Positions 12,601 to 25,573 of a stretch of DNA of 64,000 nucleotides are shown piece by piece. Below the pieces are notes generated by a model. The model searched no databases. It was not told the origin of the DNA and worked only from the letters and a program-made list of their open reading frames with translations. Source of the stretch: Haplodiscus bocki (Eukaryota); assembly GCA_965655095.1 (NCBI GenBank), contig OZ296652.1, positions 107,136,001 through 107,200,000 on the forward strand, written 5' to 3'. The position numbers were made by a program, and so were the translations under genes. Position 1 is the stretch's first letter. Each line of letters begins with the position of its first letter.

Positions 12601-15600
12601 TTTTCAACTTTTGGTGGTTTTTGTGTCTCTGTAATCTTTGTTACTTTCAATTACACAATTCGTTTTTTCGAACTCAAATTTTTCTGAAACTAGACATTAC
12701 GTTCTGCGATACGGGTGAAATCGGCAACTTTTCAACTGCGGAGGACTCATCGAGTGATGAATAACCCTTTTTTCCCTAATTTTGAATCTTGTTAGTCCCA
12801 AAGCCATAAAACGTCACGGTTTATAAAAGTTTTACGACATGTGGAATCATATTTCTCAAAAAACAGGTGGAACGTAATCTCCTAAGTTCTCAGTAAGCAG
12901 CCCTTTTTCTCAATGAGGACCATGACATTTGTGTTTTATTGATTTGTTTCTTTCTGGCTAGAATTCTGACCTTTAGAAACTGACAGAAGAAGCTCGTTGT
13001 TCTGAAAAAGACTTCACAAGCAAAATCACATTTGTTGAACACTAGCTGCTTAACTTCTAAAACAAAAGTCCCAATCAAAAACTTTAAGGGAGCAGTCTTT
13101 TCAAAACACAAAAATTTCTGTCTCAGCGTCTCAAAGTTGACGGAACGAAATTGCCAAAATTAGGTTTAATGAACTACAGATTTCCATTTTCAAACTTCCA
13201 AAATCCGTGTGTTTGCCAGCCTAAAAACTGCCATCAAGATTTCTGTCGTCATTTCCAGACTCCCGGATAAATATTAATGAATAAAAATCACTGATCTTAA
13301 AACCTGGTATCCACAGGAAGTTTATTAGTCCAAATGGGCCAAAAATTGATCTTACTTTGGAGTATCCCAATTTCGAAGCCAAGCTTTGCACAAAAAAGGG
13401 ATTGATGTTGTCCCAAAAAGTGAAAAATGAAAATTAGCAATCACCTTGTATTGACGAAAAATGAATTTGCTGCCAACTTGTTGAAATCCAAATCCGATTT
13501 TCAGAAACTTTAGGACTTGAATTCTGCCATCAGCGACTCAATCTAGAACTTTTTATTGAACCCAATCCTGGACGAAAAGTCATATGTGGTTTCAACCATT
13601 TTTACTCAACTCCTTCGCAAATTACCGCAAGTCGATTGGAATTATGTTCAATTCAGTCAAAGCGAATCAACCAGAACACCGTTGATTTTTGCTGTGCATC
13701 GAAGACAACAAAAATGCCATTCTTGGAATTTTTTGACTTTGGCATGCTGAATAAATCTACATCCGGCACTGACCGTCCCTATTGCTAACTCAGAACCTTC
13801 AGGAAAATCAAGAAAACGTTCCGATCAGAAAGCGGACTTTCTTGTTTCACTCAAATTGTGCAGATTCAATCTATTACGTGTATCTTCCACGACTGTCTCT
13901 TCGTTTGGTTTGAGAAAACTCGCATTTTTCAAAAAGTCCTCATCTTGAGAGTTTCGATACCACAACGTTCTTCTATCTGGAAATTTTTGGCAGAATTAAT
14001 CCCCCTAAAGACAACCATCTGTCCCTAGACTTGAAATATTGAGAATTGGAAGAGATATGTCTCATTTTATTACCCACAAGCTGACAAGTTTTATGCAATG
14101 TATCCCTGGCTAATGGTTAGTATATATTGTTATGAGAACCAACTCTTCAGCACAGTAAATTATCCCATTGGAACGTGAGCAAGAGAGTGGATGAGTGGTG
14201 ACAAAGAACAAGATTATCATGTTGCCACCAAACAAAATAGGCTGGATAAAATCAGCCAGTGAGAAAATCACCCAGTGTAATCAGGAAAAAGACTCAGTTC
14301 CTGTAAAATCGAGAAGTTCAAACACTGAAAACATCTGTTCGATTAAAACAACAAAGTATCAGAAAAACAAAAAAACAAAAGTGTCTCCAAACAAGAACGT
14401 TGGATGTCAAAATACATGACAGAGGGTGACCTGATTGTGACCGATCGTCTGAAGTGGCTGAAAAGTACAGGAAACAGGAAAAACACACCAACAAGTACCA
14501 GTTGAAAGGGCTCGCACCAAAACCAGTGGGAAACTTTGAAGCGCCAATTGTATGATTGGAGCTGCAATGAATCACTACATCTGTGAAGGAAGCGATAACC
14601 ATTGACCCATATCATTCGTCTAATTTATACATAAAACAGTTGAAGCAGGTCCCCTTGGTCAAGGATTTGATACTTTTGTTTGGGTACTATTTCGAAACTT
14701 GGCGTTTTTATGTTGAACTCAAAGAAACCAAGACACTAATGATGCAACTTGCTACCACCTATTGTCTTTCATGTGGAGTAGTTCAAAGATCCGGTCGCGG
14801 CCGGAAGCTGTACTCTTCTCCACATCACCTCTCTGGAGGATCCAGTGTGTTAACACGTTTTATTGATAATCATTGAGGCACTTCTTTGTGTCAAAACAGA
14901 TTTTCCGTGGTTTATACACAAAAAGTGATTTTTCAACTTTTGGTGGTTTTTGTGTCTCTGTAATCTTTGTTACTTTCAATTACACAATTCGTTTTTTCGA
15001 ACTCAAATTTTTCTGAAACTAGACATTACGTTCTGCGATACGGGTGAAATCGGCAACTTTTCAACTGCGGAGGACTCATCGAGTGATGAATAACCCTTTT
15101 TTCCCTAATTTTGAATCTTGTTAGTCCCAAAGCCATAAAACGTCACGGTTTATAAAAGTTTTACGACATGTGGAATCATATTTCTCAAAAAACAGGTGGA
15201 ACGTAATCTCCTAAGTTCTCAGTAAGCAGCCCTTTTTCTCAATGAGGACCATGACATTTGTGTTTTATTGATTTGTTTCTTTCTGGCTAGAATTCTGACC
15301 TTTAGAAACTGACAGAAGAAGCTCGTTGTTCTGAAAAAGACTTCACAAGCAAAATCACATTTGTTGAACACTAGCTGCTTAACTTCTAAAACAAAAGTCC
15401 CAATCAAAAACTTTAAGGGAGCAGTCTTTTCAAAACACAAAAATTTCTGTCTCAGCGTCTCAAAGTTGACGGAACGAAATTGCCAAAATTAGGTTTAATG
15501 AACTACAGATTTCCATTTTCAAACTTCCAAAATCCGTGTGTTTGCCAGCCTAAAAACTGCCATCAAGATTTCTGTCGTCATTTCCAGACTCCCGGATAAA

Positions 15601-18600
15601 TATTAATGAATAAAAATCACTGATCTTAAAACCTGGTATCCACAGGAAGTTTATTAGTCCAAATGGGCCAAAAATTGATCTTACTTTGGAGTATCCCAAT
15701 TTCGAAGCCAAGCTTTGCACAAAAAAGGGATTGATGTTGTCCCAAAAAGTGAAAAATGAAAATTAGCAATCACCTTGTATTGACGAAAAATGAATTTGCT
15801 GCCAACTTGTTGAAATCCAAATCCGATTTTCAGAAACTTTAGGACTTGAATTCTGCCATCAGCGACTCAATCTAGAACTTTTTATTGAACCCAATCCTGG
15901 ACGAAAAGTCATATGTGGTTTCAACCATTTTTACTCAACTCCTTCGCAAATTACCGCAAGTCGATTGGAATTATGTTCAATTCAGTCAAAGCGAATCAAC
16001 CAGAACACCGTTGATTTTTGCTGTGCATCGAAGACAACAAAAATGCCATTCTTGGAATTTTTTGACTTTGGCATGCTGAATAAATCTACATCCGGCACTG
16101 ACCGTCCCTATTGCTAACTCAGAACCTTCAGGAAAATCAAGAAAACGTTCCGATCAGAAAGCGGACTTTCTTGTTTCACTCAAATTGTGCAGATTCAATC
16201 TATTACGTGTATCTTCCACGACTGTCTCTTCGTTTGGTTTGAGAAAACTCGCATTTTTCAAAAAGTCCTCATCTTGAGAGTTTCGATACCACAACGTTCT
16301 TCTATCTGGAAATTTTTGGCAGAATTAATCCCCCTAAAGACAACCATCTGTCCCTAGACTTGAAATATTGAGAATTGGAAGAGATATGTCTCATTTTATT
16401 ACCCACAAGCTGACAAGTTTTATGCAATGTATCCCTGGCTAATGGTTAGTATATATTGTTATGAGAACCAACTCTTCAGCACAGTAAATTATCCCATTGG
16501 AACGTGAGCAAGAGAGTGGATGAGTGGTGACAAAGAACAAGATTATCATGTTGCCACCAAACAAAATAGGCTGGATAAAATCAGCCAGTGAGAAAATCAC
16601 CCAGTGTAATCAGGAAAAAGACTCAGTTCCTGTAAAATCGAGAAGTTCAAACACTGAAAACATCTGTTCGATTAAAACAACAAAGTATCAGAAAAACAAA
16701 AAAACAAAAGTGTCTCCAAACAAGAACGTTGGATGTCAAAATACATGACAGAGGGTGACCTGATTGTGACCGATCGTCTGAAGTGGCTGAAAAGTACAGG
16801 AAACAGGAAAAACACACCAACAAGTACCAGTTGAAAGGGCTCGCACCAAAACCAGTGGGAAACTTTGAAGCGCCAATTGTATGATTGGAGCTGCAATGAA
16901 TCACTACATCTGTGAAGGAAGCGATAACCATTGACCCATATCATTCGTCTAATTTATACATAAAACAGTTGAAGCAGGTCCCCTTGGTCAAGGATTTGAT
17001 ACTTTTGTTTGGGTACTATTTCGAAACTTGGCGTTTTTATGTTGAACTCAAAGAAACCAAGACACTAATGATGCAACTTGCTACCACCTATTGTCTTTCA
17101 TGTGGAGTAGTTCAAAGATCCGGTCGCGGCCGGAAGCTGTACTCTTCTCCACATCACCTCTCTGGAGGATCCAGTGTGTTAACACGTTTTATTGATAATC
17201 ATTGAGGCACTTCTTTGTGTCAAAACAGATTTTCCGTGGTTTATACACAAAAAGTGATTTTTCAACTTTTGGTGGTTTTTGTGTCTCTGTAATCTTTGTT
17301 ACTTTCAATTACACAATTCGTTTTTTCGAACTCAAATTTTTCTGAAACTAGACATTACGTTCTGCGATACGGGTGAAATCGGCAACTTTTCAACTGCGGA
17401 GGACTCATCGAGTGATGAATAACCCTTTTTTCCCTAATTTTGAATCTTGTTAGTCCCAAAGCCATAAAACGTCACGGTTTATAAAAGTTTTACGACATGT
17501 GGAATCATATTTCTCAAAAAACAGGTGGAACGTAATCTCCTAAGTTCTCAGTAAGCAGCCCTTTTTCTCAATGAGGACCATGACATTTGTGTTTTATTGA
17601 TTTGTTTCTTTCTGGCTAGAATTCTGACCTTTAGAAACTGACAGAAGAAGCTCGTTGTTCTGAAAAAGACTTCACAAGCAAAATCACATTTGTTGAACAC
17701 TAGCTGCTTAACTTCTAAAACAAAAGTCCCAATCAAAAACTTTAAGGGAGCAGTCTTTTCAAAACACAAAAATTTCTGTCTCAGCGTCTCAAAGTTGACG
17801 GAACGAAATTGCCAAAATTAGGTTTAATGAACTACAGATTTCCATTTTCAAACTTCCAAAATCCGTGTGTTTGCCAGCCTAAAAACTGCCATCAAGATTT
17901 CTGTCGTCATTTCCAGACTCCCGGATAAATATTAATGAATAAAAATCACTGATCTTAAAACCTGGTATCCACAGGAAGTTTATTAGTCCAAATGGGCCAA
18001 AAATTGATCTTACTTTGGAGTATCCCAATTTCGAAGCCAAGCTTTGCACAAAAAAGGGATTGATGTTGTCCCAAAAAGTGAAAAATGAAAATTAGCAATC
18101 ACCTTGTATTGACGAAAAATGAATTTGCTGCCAACTTGTTGAAATCCAAATCCGATTTTCAGAAACTTTAGGACTTGAATTCTGCCATCAGCGACTCAAT
18201 CTAGAACTTTTTATTGAACCCAATCCTGGACGAAAAGTCATATGTGGTTTCAACCATTTTTACTCAACTCCTTCGCAAATTACCGCAAGTCGATTGGAAT
18301 TATGTTCAATTCAGTCAAAGCGAATCAACCAGAACACCGTTGATTTTTGCTGTGCATCGAAGACAACAAAAATGCCATTCTTGGAATTTTTTGACTTTGG
18401 CATGCTGAATAAATCTACATCCGGCACTGACCGTCCCTATTGCTAACTCAGAACCTTCAGGAAAATCAAGAAAACGTTCCGATCAGAAAGCGGACTTTCT
18501 TGTTTCACTCAAATTGTGCAGATTCAATCTATTACGTGTATCTTCCACGACTGTCTCTTCGTTTGGTTTGAGAAAACTCGCATTTTTCAAAAAGTCCTCA

Positions 18601-20532
18601 TCTTGAGAGTTTCGATACCACAACGTTCTTCTATCTGGAAATTTTTGGCAGAATTAATCCCCCTAAAGACAACCATCTGTCCCTAGACTTGAAATATTGA
18701 GAATTGGAAGAGATATGTCTCATTTTATTACCCACAAGCTGACAAGTTTTATGCAATGTATCCCTGGCTAATGGTTAGTATATATTGTTATGAGAACCAA
18801 CTCTTCAGCACAGTAAATTATCCCATTGGAACGTGAGCAAGAGAGTGGATGAGTGGTGACAAAGAACAAGATTATCATGTTGCCACCAAACAAAATAGGC
18901 TGGATAAAATCAGCCAGTGAGAAAATCACCCAGTGTAATCAGGAAAAAGACTCAGTTCCTGTAAAATCGAGAAGTTCAAACACTGAAAACATCTGTTCGA
19001 TTAAAACAACAAAGTATCAGAAAAACAAAAAAACAAAAGTGTCTCCAAACAAGAACGTTGGATGTCAAAATACATGACAGAGGGTGACCTGATTGTGACC
19101 GATCGTCTGAAGTGGCTGAAAAGTACAGGAAACAGGAAAAACACACCAACAAGTACCAGTTGAAAGGGCTCGCACCAAAACCAGTGGGAAACTTTGAAGC
19201 GCCAATTGTATGATTGGAGCTGCAATGAATCACTACATCTGTGAAGGAAGCGATAACCATTGACCCATATCATTCGTCTAATTTATACATAAAACAGTTG
19301 AAGCAGGTCCCCTTGGTCAAGGATTTGATACTTTTGTTTGGGTACTATTTCGAAACTTGGCGTTTTTATGTTGAACTCAAAGAAACCAAGACACTAATGA
19401 TGCAACTTGCTACCACCTATTGTCTTTCATGTGGAGTAGTTCAAAGATCCGGTCGCGGCCGGAAGCTGTACTCTTCTCCACATCACCTCTCTGGAGGATC
19501 CAGTGTGTTAACACGTTTTATTGATAATCATTGAGGCACTTCTTTGTGTCAAAACAGATTTTCCGTGGTTTATACACAAAAAGTGATTTTTCAACTTTTG
19601 GTGGTTTTTGTGTCTCTGTAATCTTTGTTACTTTCAATTACACAATTCGTTTTTTCGAACTCAAATTTTTCTGAAACTAGACATTACGTTCTGCGATACG
19701 GGTGAAATCGGCAACTTTTCAACTGCGGAGGACTCATCGAGTGATGAATAACCCTTTTTTCCCTAATTTTGAATCTTGTTAGTCCCAAAGCCATAAAACG
19801 TCACGGTTTATAAAAGTTTTACGACATGTGGAATCATATTTCTCAAAAAACAGGTGGAACGTAATCTCCTAAGTTCTCAGTAAGCAGCCCTTTTTCTCAA
19901 TGAGGACCATGACATTTGTGTTTTATTGATTTGTTTCTTTCTGGCTAGAATTCTGACCTTTAGAAACTGACAGAAGAAGCTCGTTGTTCTGAAAAAGACT
20001 TCACAAGCAAAATCACATTTGTTGAACACTAGCTGCTTAACTTCTAAAACAAAAGTCCCAATCAAAAACTTTAAGGGAGCAGTCTTTTCAAAACACAAAA
20101 ATTTCTGTCTCAGCGTCTCAAAGTTGACGGAACGAAATTGCCAAAATTAGGTTTAATGAACTACAGATTTCCATTTTCAAACTTCCAAAATCCGTGTGTT
20201 TGCCAGCCTAAAAACTGCCATCAAGATTTCTGTCGTCATTTCCAGACTCCCGGATAAATATTAATGAATAAAAATCACTGATCTTAAAACCTGGTATCCA
20301 CAGGAAGTTTATTAGTCCAAATGGGCCAAAAATTGATCTTACTTTGGAGTATCCCAATTTCGAAGCCAAGCTTTGCACAAAAAAGGGATTGATGTTGTCC
20401 CAAAAAGTGAAAAATGAAAATTAGCAATCACCTTGTATTGACGAAAAATGAATTTGCTGCCAACTTGTTGAAATCCAAATCCGATTTTCAGAAACTTTAG
20501 GACTTGAATTCTGCCATCAGCGACTCAATCTA
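9628..20532. repeat. Essentially perfect tandem repeat, 2329 bp x ~4.7
   Basis: Identical ORFs recur at a 2329 bp offset (9925, 12254, 14583, 16912, 19241). The only difference I saw is C at 9640 versus T at 11969. The first mismatch of copy 5 is at 20533. Confidence 0.97.
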
Positions 20533-23500
20533 AAGCTTTTTATTGAACCCAATCCTGGAAGAAAAGTCATATGTGGTTTCAACCAATTTTACTCAACTCC
20601 TTCAAAAATTACCGCAAGTCGATTGCAATTATTTTCAATTCAGTCAAAGCTAATCAACCAGAACACCGTTGATTTTTGCTGTGCATCGAAGACAACAAAA
20701 ATGCCATTCTTGGAATTTTTTGACTTTGGCATGCTGATTAAAATCACATCCGAGACTGACCGTCCCTATTGCTAACTCAGAACCTTAGGAGAAATCAAGA
20801 AAAAGTTCTGATCATAAAGCGGACTTTCTTGTTTCACTCAAAACGTGCACATTCAATCTTTTACGTGTATCTTCCACGACTGTCTCTTCGTTTGGTTTGA
20901 GAAAATTCGCATTTTTCGGAAAGTCCCCATCTTGAGTGTTTTAATCCCCCAACATTTTTCTATCTGTAAATTTTGGGCAAAAATAATCCCCTGAAGACAA
21001 TCATCTGTCCGTACACTTGAACTATTGAGAGTTGAAAGAGAATTATCCCACTTTCGTACCCACAGGCTGTCAAATTTAATGCAAAGTATTCCAAGCTAAC
21101 ATTTTGTATACTTTGTTATCAGAAAAAACTCTTCAGCACAGTAAAATGCCCCATTGGAACGGGCACACGAAAGTGGATGACTGGTGACAAAAATGAATAA
21201 TACCATGTTGCCACCAAAAAAATAGGTGTGGTAGAATAGGTCAGTGAGGGAAACACTTAGTGTAATTAAGGAAAGACCCCTACCATCGTAAAACCTGCAT
21301 CGTTAAATATTGAAACATCTGTTCGAATGAGTCAAAAAACTACTAGAAAAACAAAACTATATCCAAACAAGAACGTTGGATGTCAGAACTGATGATAGTG
21401 CGTGACTTGATTGTGATTGATGGTTCGAAGTGCCTGAAAAATGCAGGAAACCAGAAAAGCACACTGACAAACACCTGTTGGACGAGCTGGCATCAAAACC
21501 AGGGGGAAAATTTGAAGCACTAAGTGTAAGATTGCAGCTACAATGGATCACTATCTCTCTATGAAGAAAACGACAATCGTCGACCCATATCAATTTTCTA
21601 ACTTCTACAAAAAGCATTTAAAGCAGGTTCCCTGGTCAAAGGTTCGATACTTTCGCTTCAGTATTAATCCGAGACTTGGCGTTACGCTTGTTTATTTCAG
21701 GGAAACCAGCGCACTAATGGTGCATCTTGCTAGCACGTTTTGTCCTTGATGCTGGGTACTTTAAAGATCAAGGCACGGTCGAAAGGTCTATTCTTTCTTC
21801 ACATCGGTTGTCTGGAGGATACAGTGTGCTAAAACGTCGTATTGATATTCTTTAAGCCACGTTTTAGTTCCAATCAGATATGCCTTGGTTCATACAGAAA
21901 AAGTTGAGTTTGCATTTTTTGGTGTTTTTTGTGTCTTTAATCTTTTTCAGTATCAAGTACAGATTTTGACTTTTTGAACACAATTTTTTGAGAAACTACA
22001 GAATTACGTTCCGCATCAAAGGTCAAATTGACAGCTCTTCAACGGCGATGGACTTTTTAAGTGAAGTATTACCCCTTTTCCCCTACTTTTGAAACCAAGT
22101 TGAACAAAAGCGACCAAAGGTCCCCTTTCTCGAAAGTTTTTCGACATTAGAATCATATTTCTCAAAAAACAGGCTGTACTTATTCTGCTAAGGTCTCAGT
22201 AAGCAGCCCTTTTGCTTAATGAAGACCATGACAAACGAAATATATTGATTGGTTTCTTTCTATCAGGAATTCTGATCCTCAGAAACTTACCGAAGAGGTT
22301 CGTAGTTTTCAAAAATACTTCACAAGCAAAATCGCATTTCTTCAACACTAGCCGCCCGACTTCTCCTTAAAAGGTCCCAATCAACAACTTTAAAGAAACA
22401 GACATTTTAAGGCACAAAAGCTGCTGTCTGTACGTCTGAAGCTTGCTGATCCAAAATGACAAAAACAAGATTTTTATTTGCAGACCTCCGTTTTAAAAAT
22501 TCCAAAACCCGGAAGTTTGCCATCCTGAAATATTACATCAGGAACTCTTTCGTCGATTGCAAACTTGAGGACAACTATTCAGTTGATAATGGACGGACAT
22601 AGGTCCTTGGTCATCAGACTCCACGAAAAATGGCAAGTGAAACAGTTTCTCCAAGGGATTCGAATTCAAAGTTTTTCCACCAAAATGGCTTGCTTTCGTC
22701 CCAAAAAACAAAGTTTAACAACTATCTCTCTGTAGTAGGGTTGTCGCATGGAAACAATTCATTTTTTGCAAAGGCAAAATTTTTACGGGAAGGCCAAAAA
22801 TGATGAAACGTGCAAGTGCTTACTTTCATTTGTTGATAATCAAAATGATCATTTTGCAAAGCTGGCTACTTGATTTCTGCCATGTTAGACTGAACCTAAC
22901 ACTTTTTGTGTAGTCGAAGTTTTGGTGCAAAACCGTCCGCGGTTTTAGTAATTTTTACACAAGTTTGATGGAACATGTCGGAGTGCAACTGCAAAGTTTC
23001 TCACTTCAGACAAAACAAATCAACTATGGCACCGTTGACATCTGCTGTGCAACGGCAACAGCCAAAACCTCGTGGCAAAAACCATTGAATGGGCACGCTC
23101 ATTATTTTTACATACAGGACGAACTGTTTCTTCTGTTGACTCAAAAACTTGTGAAATTTTCGAGACAGCATTCCAATAATTATATTTTCATCTAAGCGGA
23201 CGTTCTTCTTTTGCTCTATGCATACGGATTCAATCGATTACGTGTATCTTCCAGGACTGCGTTTTCAAATAACTTAGCTTTAGTCCAGTTTGACGGCTAC
23301 TCCTCGAAATGAGACTTTCAATCTCTAAAAACTATTCGAACGTGTTGATCATTTTGATAAGTGTGACCTAACAATAAATCATCTGTCTTTAGTTCTGGAC
23401 TAGTCAAAAATGAGGAAGTCAATTCTCAATTTCTTTCCCACCGGCATAACAGTGCTAAGGTCTCACTTACTAACGCATATCATGCATTTCGATCAAATAA

Positions 23501-23648
23501 ACTCTCAAAACCAACAGTTGGCACTATTACAACATGAATAAATGTTGATCAGTGGCGGAAAAGATCAAAATTTGCATCTCGCGACCAAACAAGGTTGGTG
23601 GCATAAATTACTACAGTGGGGAGACTCTGCTGTGTTTTTAGGAAAAAG

Positions 23649-23950
23649 TTATGAGTATGGTAAATTCAGTATCACGAAACAAGGATTAAAAAACAATTCA
23701 AATGAACCATGAAAGTACCAGAGAAAGAAATGTAGATCCAAACAAGCACGTTGGATGTCAAAGCACATGAGTTTGCGTGGGCTAAGTGTGAAGAATAAAT
23801 TGAGGGTGACAAAAACAACAGACAACAAGACAGAGAGCACATCATCGAATAGCCCTTGAATGAGCTGGTGTCGTACTTGTCGGAAAACACTGAAGCACCA
23901 AGTGTATAGTTGGAGTTACAAGGTATCACAATCTCACGGAAGAAAACGGA
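23649..23950 (-). pseudogene. Array unit ORF family overlapping the signature motif (representative), unknown function
   Basis: Two overlapping minus frames recur across units: ...VIHCSSNxTLGASKF...LTSNVLVW and ...PRKVMCFDIQRACLDL.FFxWYF. Which frame, if either, was the real one cannot be decided by eye. Confidence 0.3.
23736..23760. other. Representative copy of the conserved palindromic array signature ATCCAA-ACAAGCACG-TTGGAT-GTCA
   Basis: 6-bp inverted arms around a 9-nt spacer. This exact 25-mer also occurs at 48650, 51092 and 52790, with close variants in most other units. Function unknown. Confidence 0.85.
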
Positions 23951-24954
23951 AAAACACGGAAACATCTCCAGAGTCAAATAAAGAAAAAAAAGGAGTTGGA
24001 CCACGTACCGTTAGGCAAAAAAGTGATACCTTCGTTTCAGTAATTTTCTAAAACTTGGCAATGAGCATGTTGGGCCCTCACAAACCTGCAAACTAAAGTT
24101 TCAGATCATTAGCACTTTTTGATTTTGAGACGGAGCGCGTTAAAGATCAGGTCGGTGTCCAAAATTGTGTTCAATATTTGGATGGGTTTTCAAATAGCAA
24201 CCAGTGCGACAAGGCTTTGGGCTGACAAAGCATCCTGCTAGGTGATCGTCAAGGCATGTCAATGGCTTAGATCAGAAGCCTTGGAATTTTATCGGAAGTG
24301 TTGAATTTTCAAATTTTAGTGTCTTTTTCTTTCGGGTCCCAATGCTACCGAAAACTTTAGATTGCGTTTAAAAACCTACTGTAAAACCACAAACTCAGCT
24401 TTCTGCAAAAAACAGCTCTCTCTACTTTTCAATTGAAAAATAACCCGTCTTCTTCTTTCAATCTGACTTCTGGTAGCGCAATAACTACTCGAATTTCTGT
24501 TGTATTTGGAAGTTCTTGACAAGATCATCCAATTTCCTCAATAATCTCAGACTAAACGTCTTCCATAAAAGACCCAGGAAGCAGCTTTTTGCTAATCGTG
24601 AACCATGACAGTTGAAAGATGTTGATTGTTTTCAATCTGTCTGGACTTTTGGTACGGGGAATTTCCCCCAAAATTGCTGAGATCTTAGAAAACATTCCCT
24701 TATCGGAACCAAAATTTTCAACACTACTTTCTGCACTCCGCCTTCGAGGGTCCCACTCAACATCCTAATACCGGAGTGGTACATTTCAAAAACCATCAAT
24801 TCTTTTGACAGCTTCTGAGTCCTGACAGACCGAAGAAGCCAAATATAGGAATGAAAAATTCATACCTCAATTTTCGAATTTCTAATGCCGCCAAAGTTAC
24901 CAGATTGAAACTTTCCAACAAGGACTCTGTCGTCAGATCTGTACTTGACGTTGA

Positions 24955-25573
24955 CTATTCAGGAGAAGGAAAGCGGATCGTGACCCTTGGTGTACAGAAA
25001 TACTGACGGACAAAAACGGAGGAAAGGATAACACTTTTAACTAATCCCGGTTCTGAACTTCATGATAGAGCTCGTTAGCTCACAGTGTAAAAATTGACAA
25101 AAATTGTTCTGTAAAAAAGTTTTTGGATAGAAACTTGTAGACTGTTTCAAAGGCAACAGTTTTCCATGAAAAGTCGAAAGTGACGACAAATGCGATCGCT
25201 AATTTTTTTGTAGACTTCCAAAGTTATTGTTTTCTGAAGCTCTTGACATGAATTCTGCTATCAAGGACTCAATCTCTCATATTCATTTTGGTCGATAATG
25301 TTTGCCAAAAATCAGTTGTTTTATAAAATATTTCCACACACCTTTGACGGAATTTATCCCAGTTTCACTGCAAAAGCTTTCAATTCAGTCAACTCAAGTC
25401 AACCAGGAATCAATCACTTTTGTTGCGCAATGGAAACAGAAAGCACCTACTACGCAATGTTTTCGGGACACGCATGCGCAATAAATTTATATGCAATCAA
25501 AATGTTTCTGTTGCTGACTCCAGAACTTGTGGAGTAACAAAGAAACCGTTCCAAAAAATATCTCTTCTTCTAT
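24955..25573 (-). pseudogene. Array unit ORF family B (representative), Cys-containing, unknown function
   Basis: Manual translation FWNGFFVTPQVLESATE...CVVGAFCFHCATKVIDSWL...IESLIAEFMSRASEN. Homologous FWNSLMVTPQVLETARE...GTCCLRCAADV is in ORF 54474..54815 and FWNCLLLTAQTFESAEE is near 27.8 kb. Frameshifted in every copy examined. Confidence 0.4.

Noticed and set aside
9628-20532. rDNA, 5S, histone, snRNA or SL-RNA tandem gene cluster
   Set aside because: No recognisable rRNA, tRNA or snRNA sequence and no histone peptides in any frame.
23736-23756. CRESS-DNA virus origin (stem-loop with 9-nt loop, ~2.4 kb unit size)
   Set aside because: The loop ACAAGCACG/CGTGCTTGT does not resemble the NANTATTAC nonamer, the stem is only 6 bp, and I found no HUH Rep or SF3 helicase motifs in the unit.
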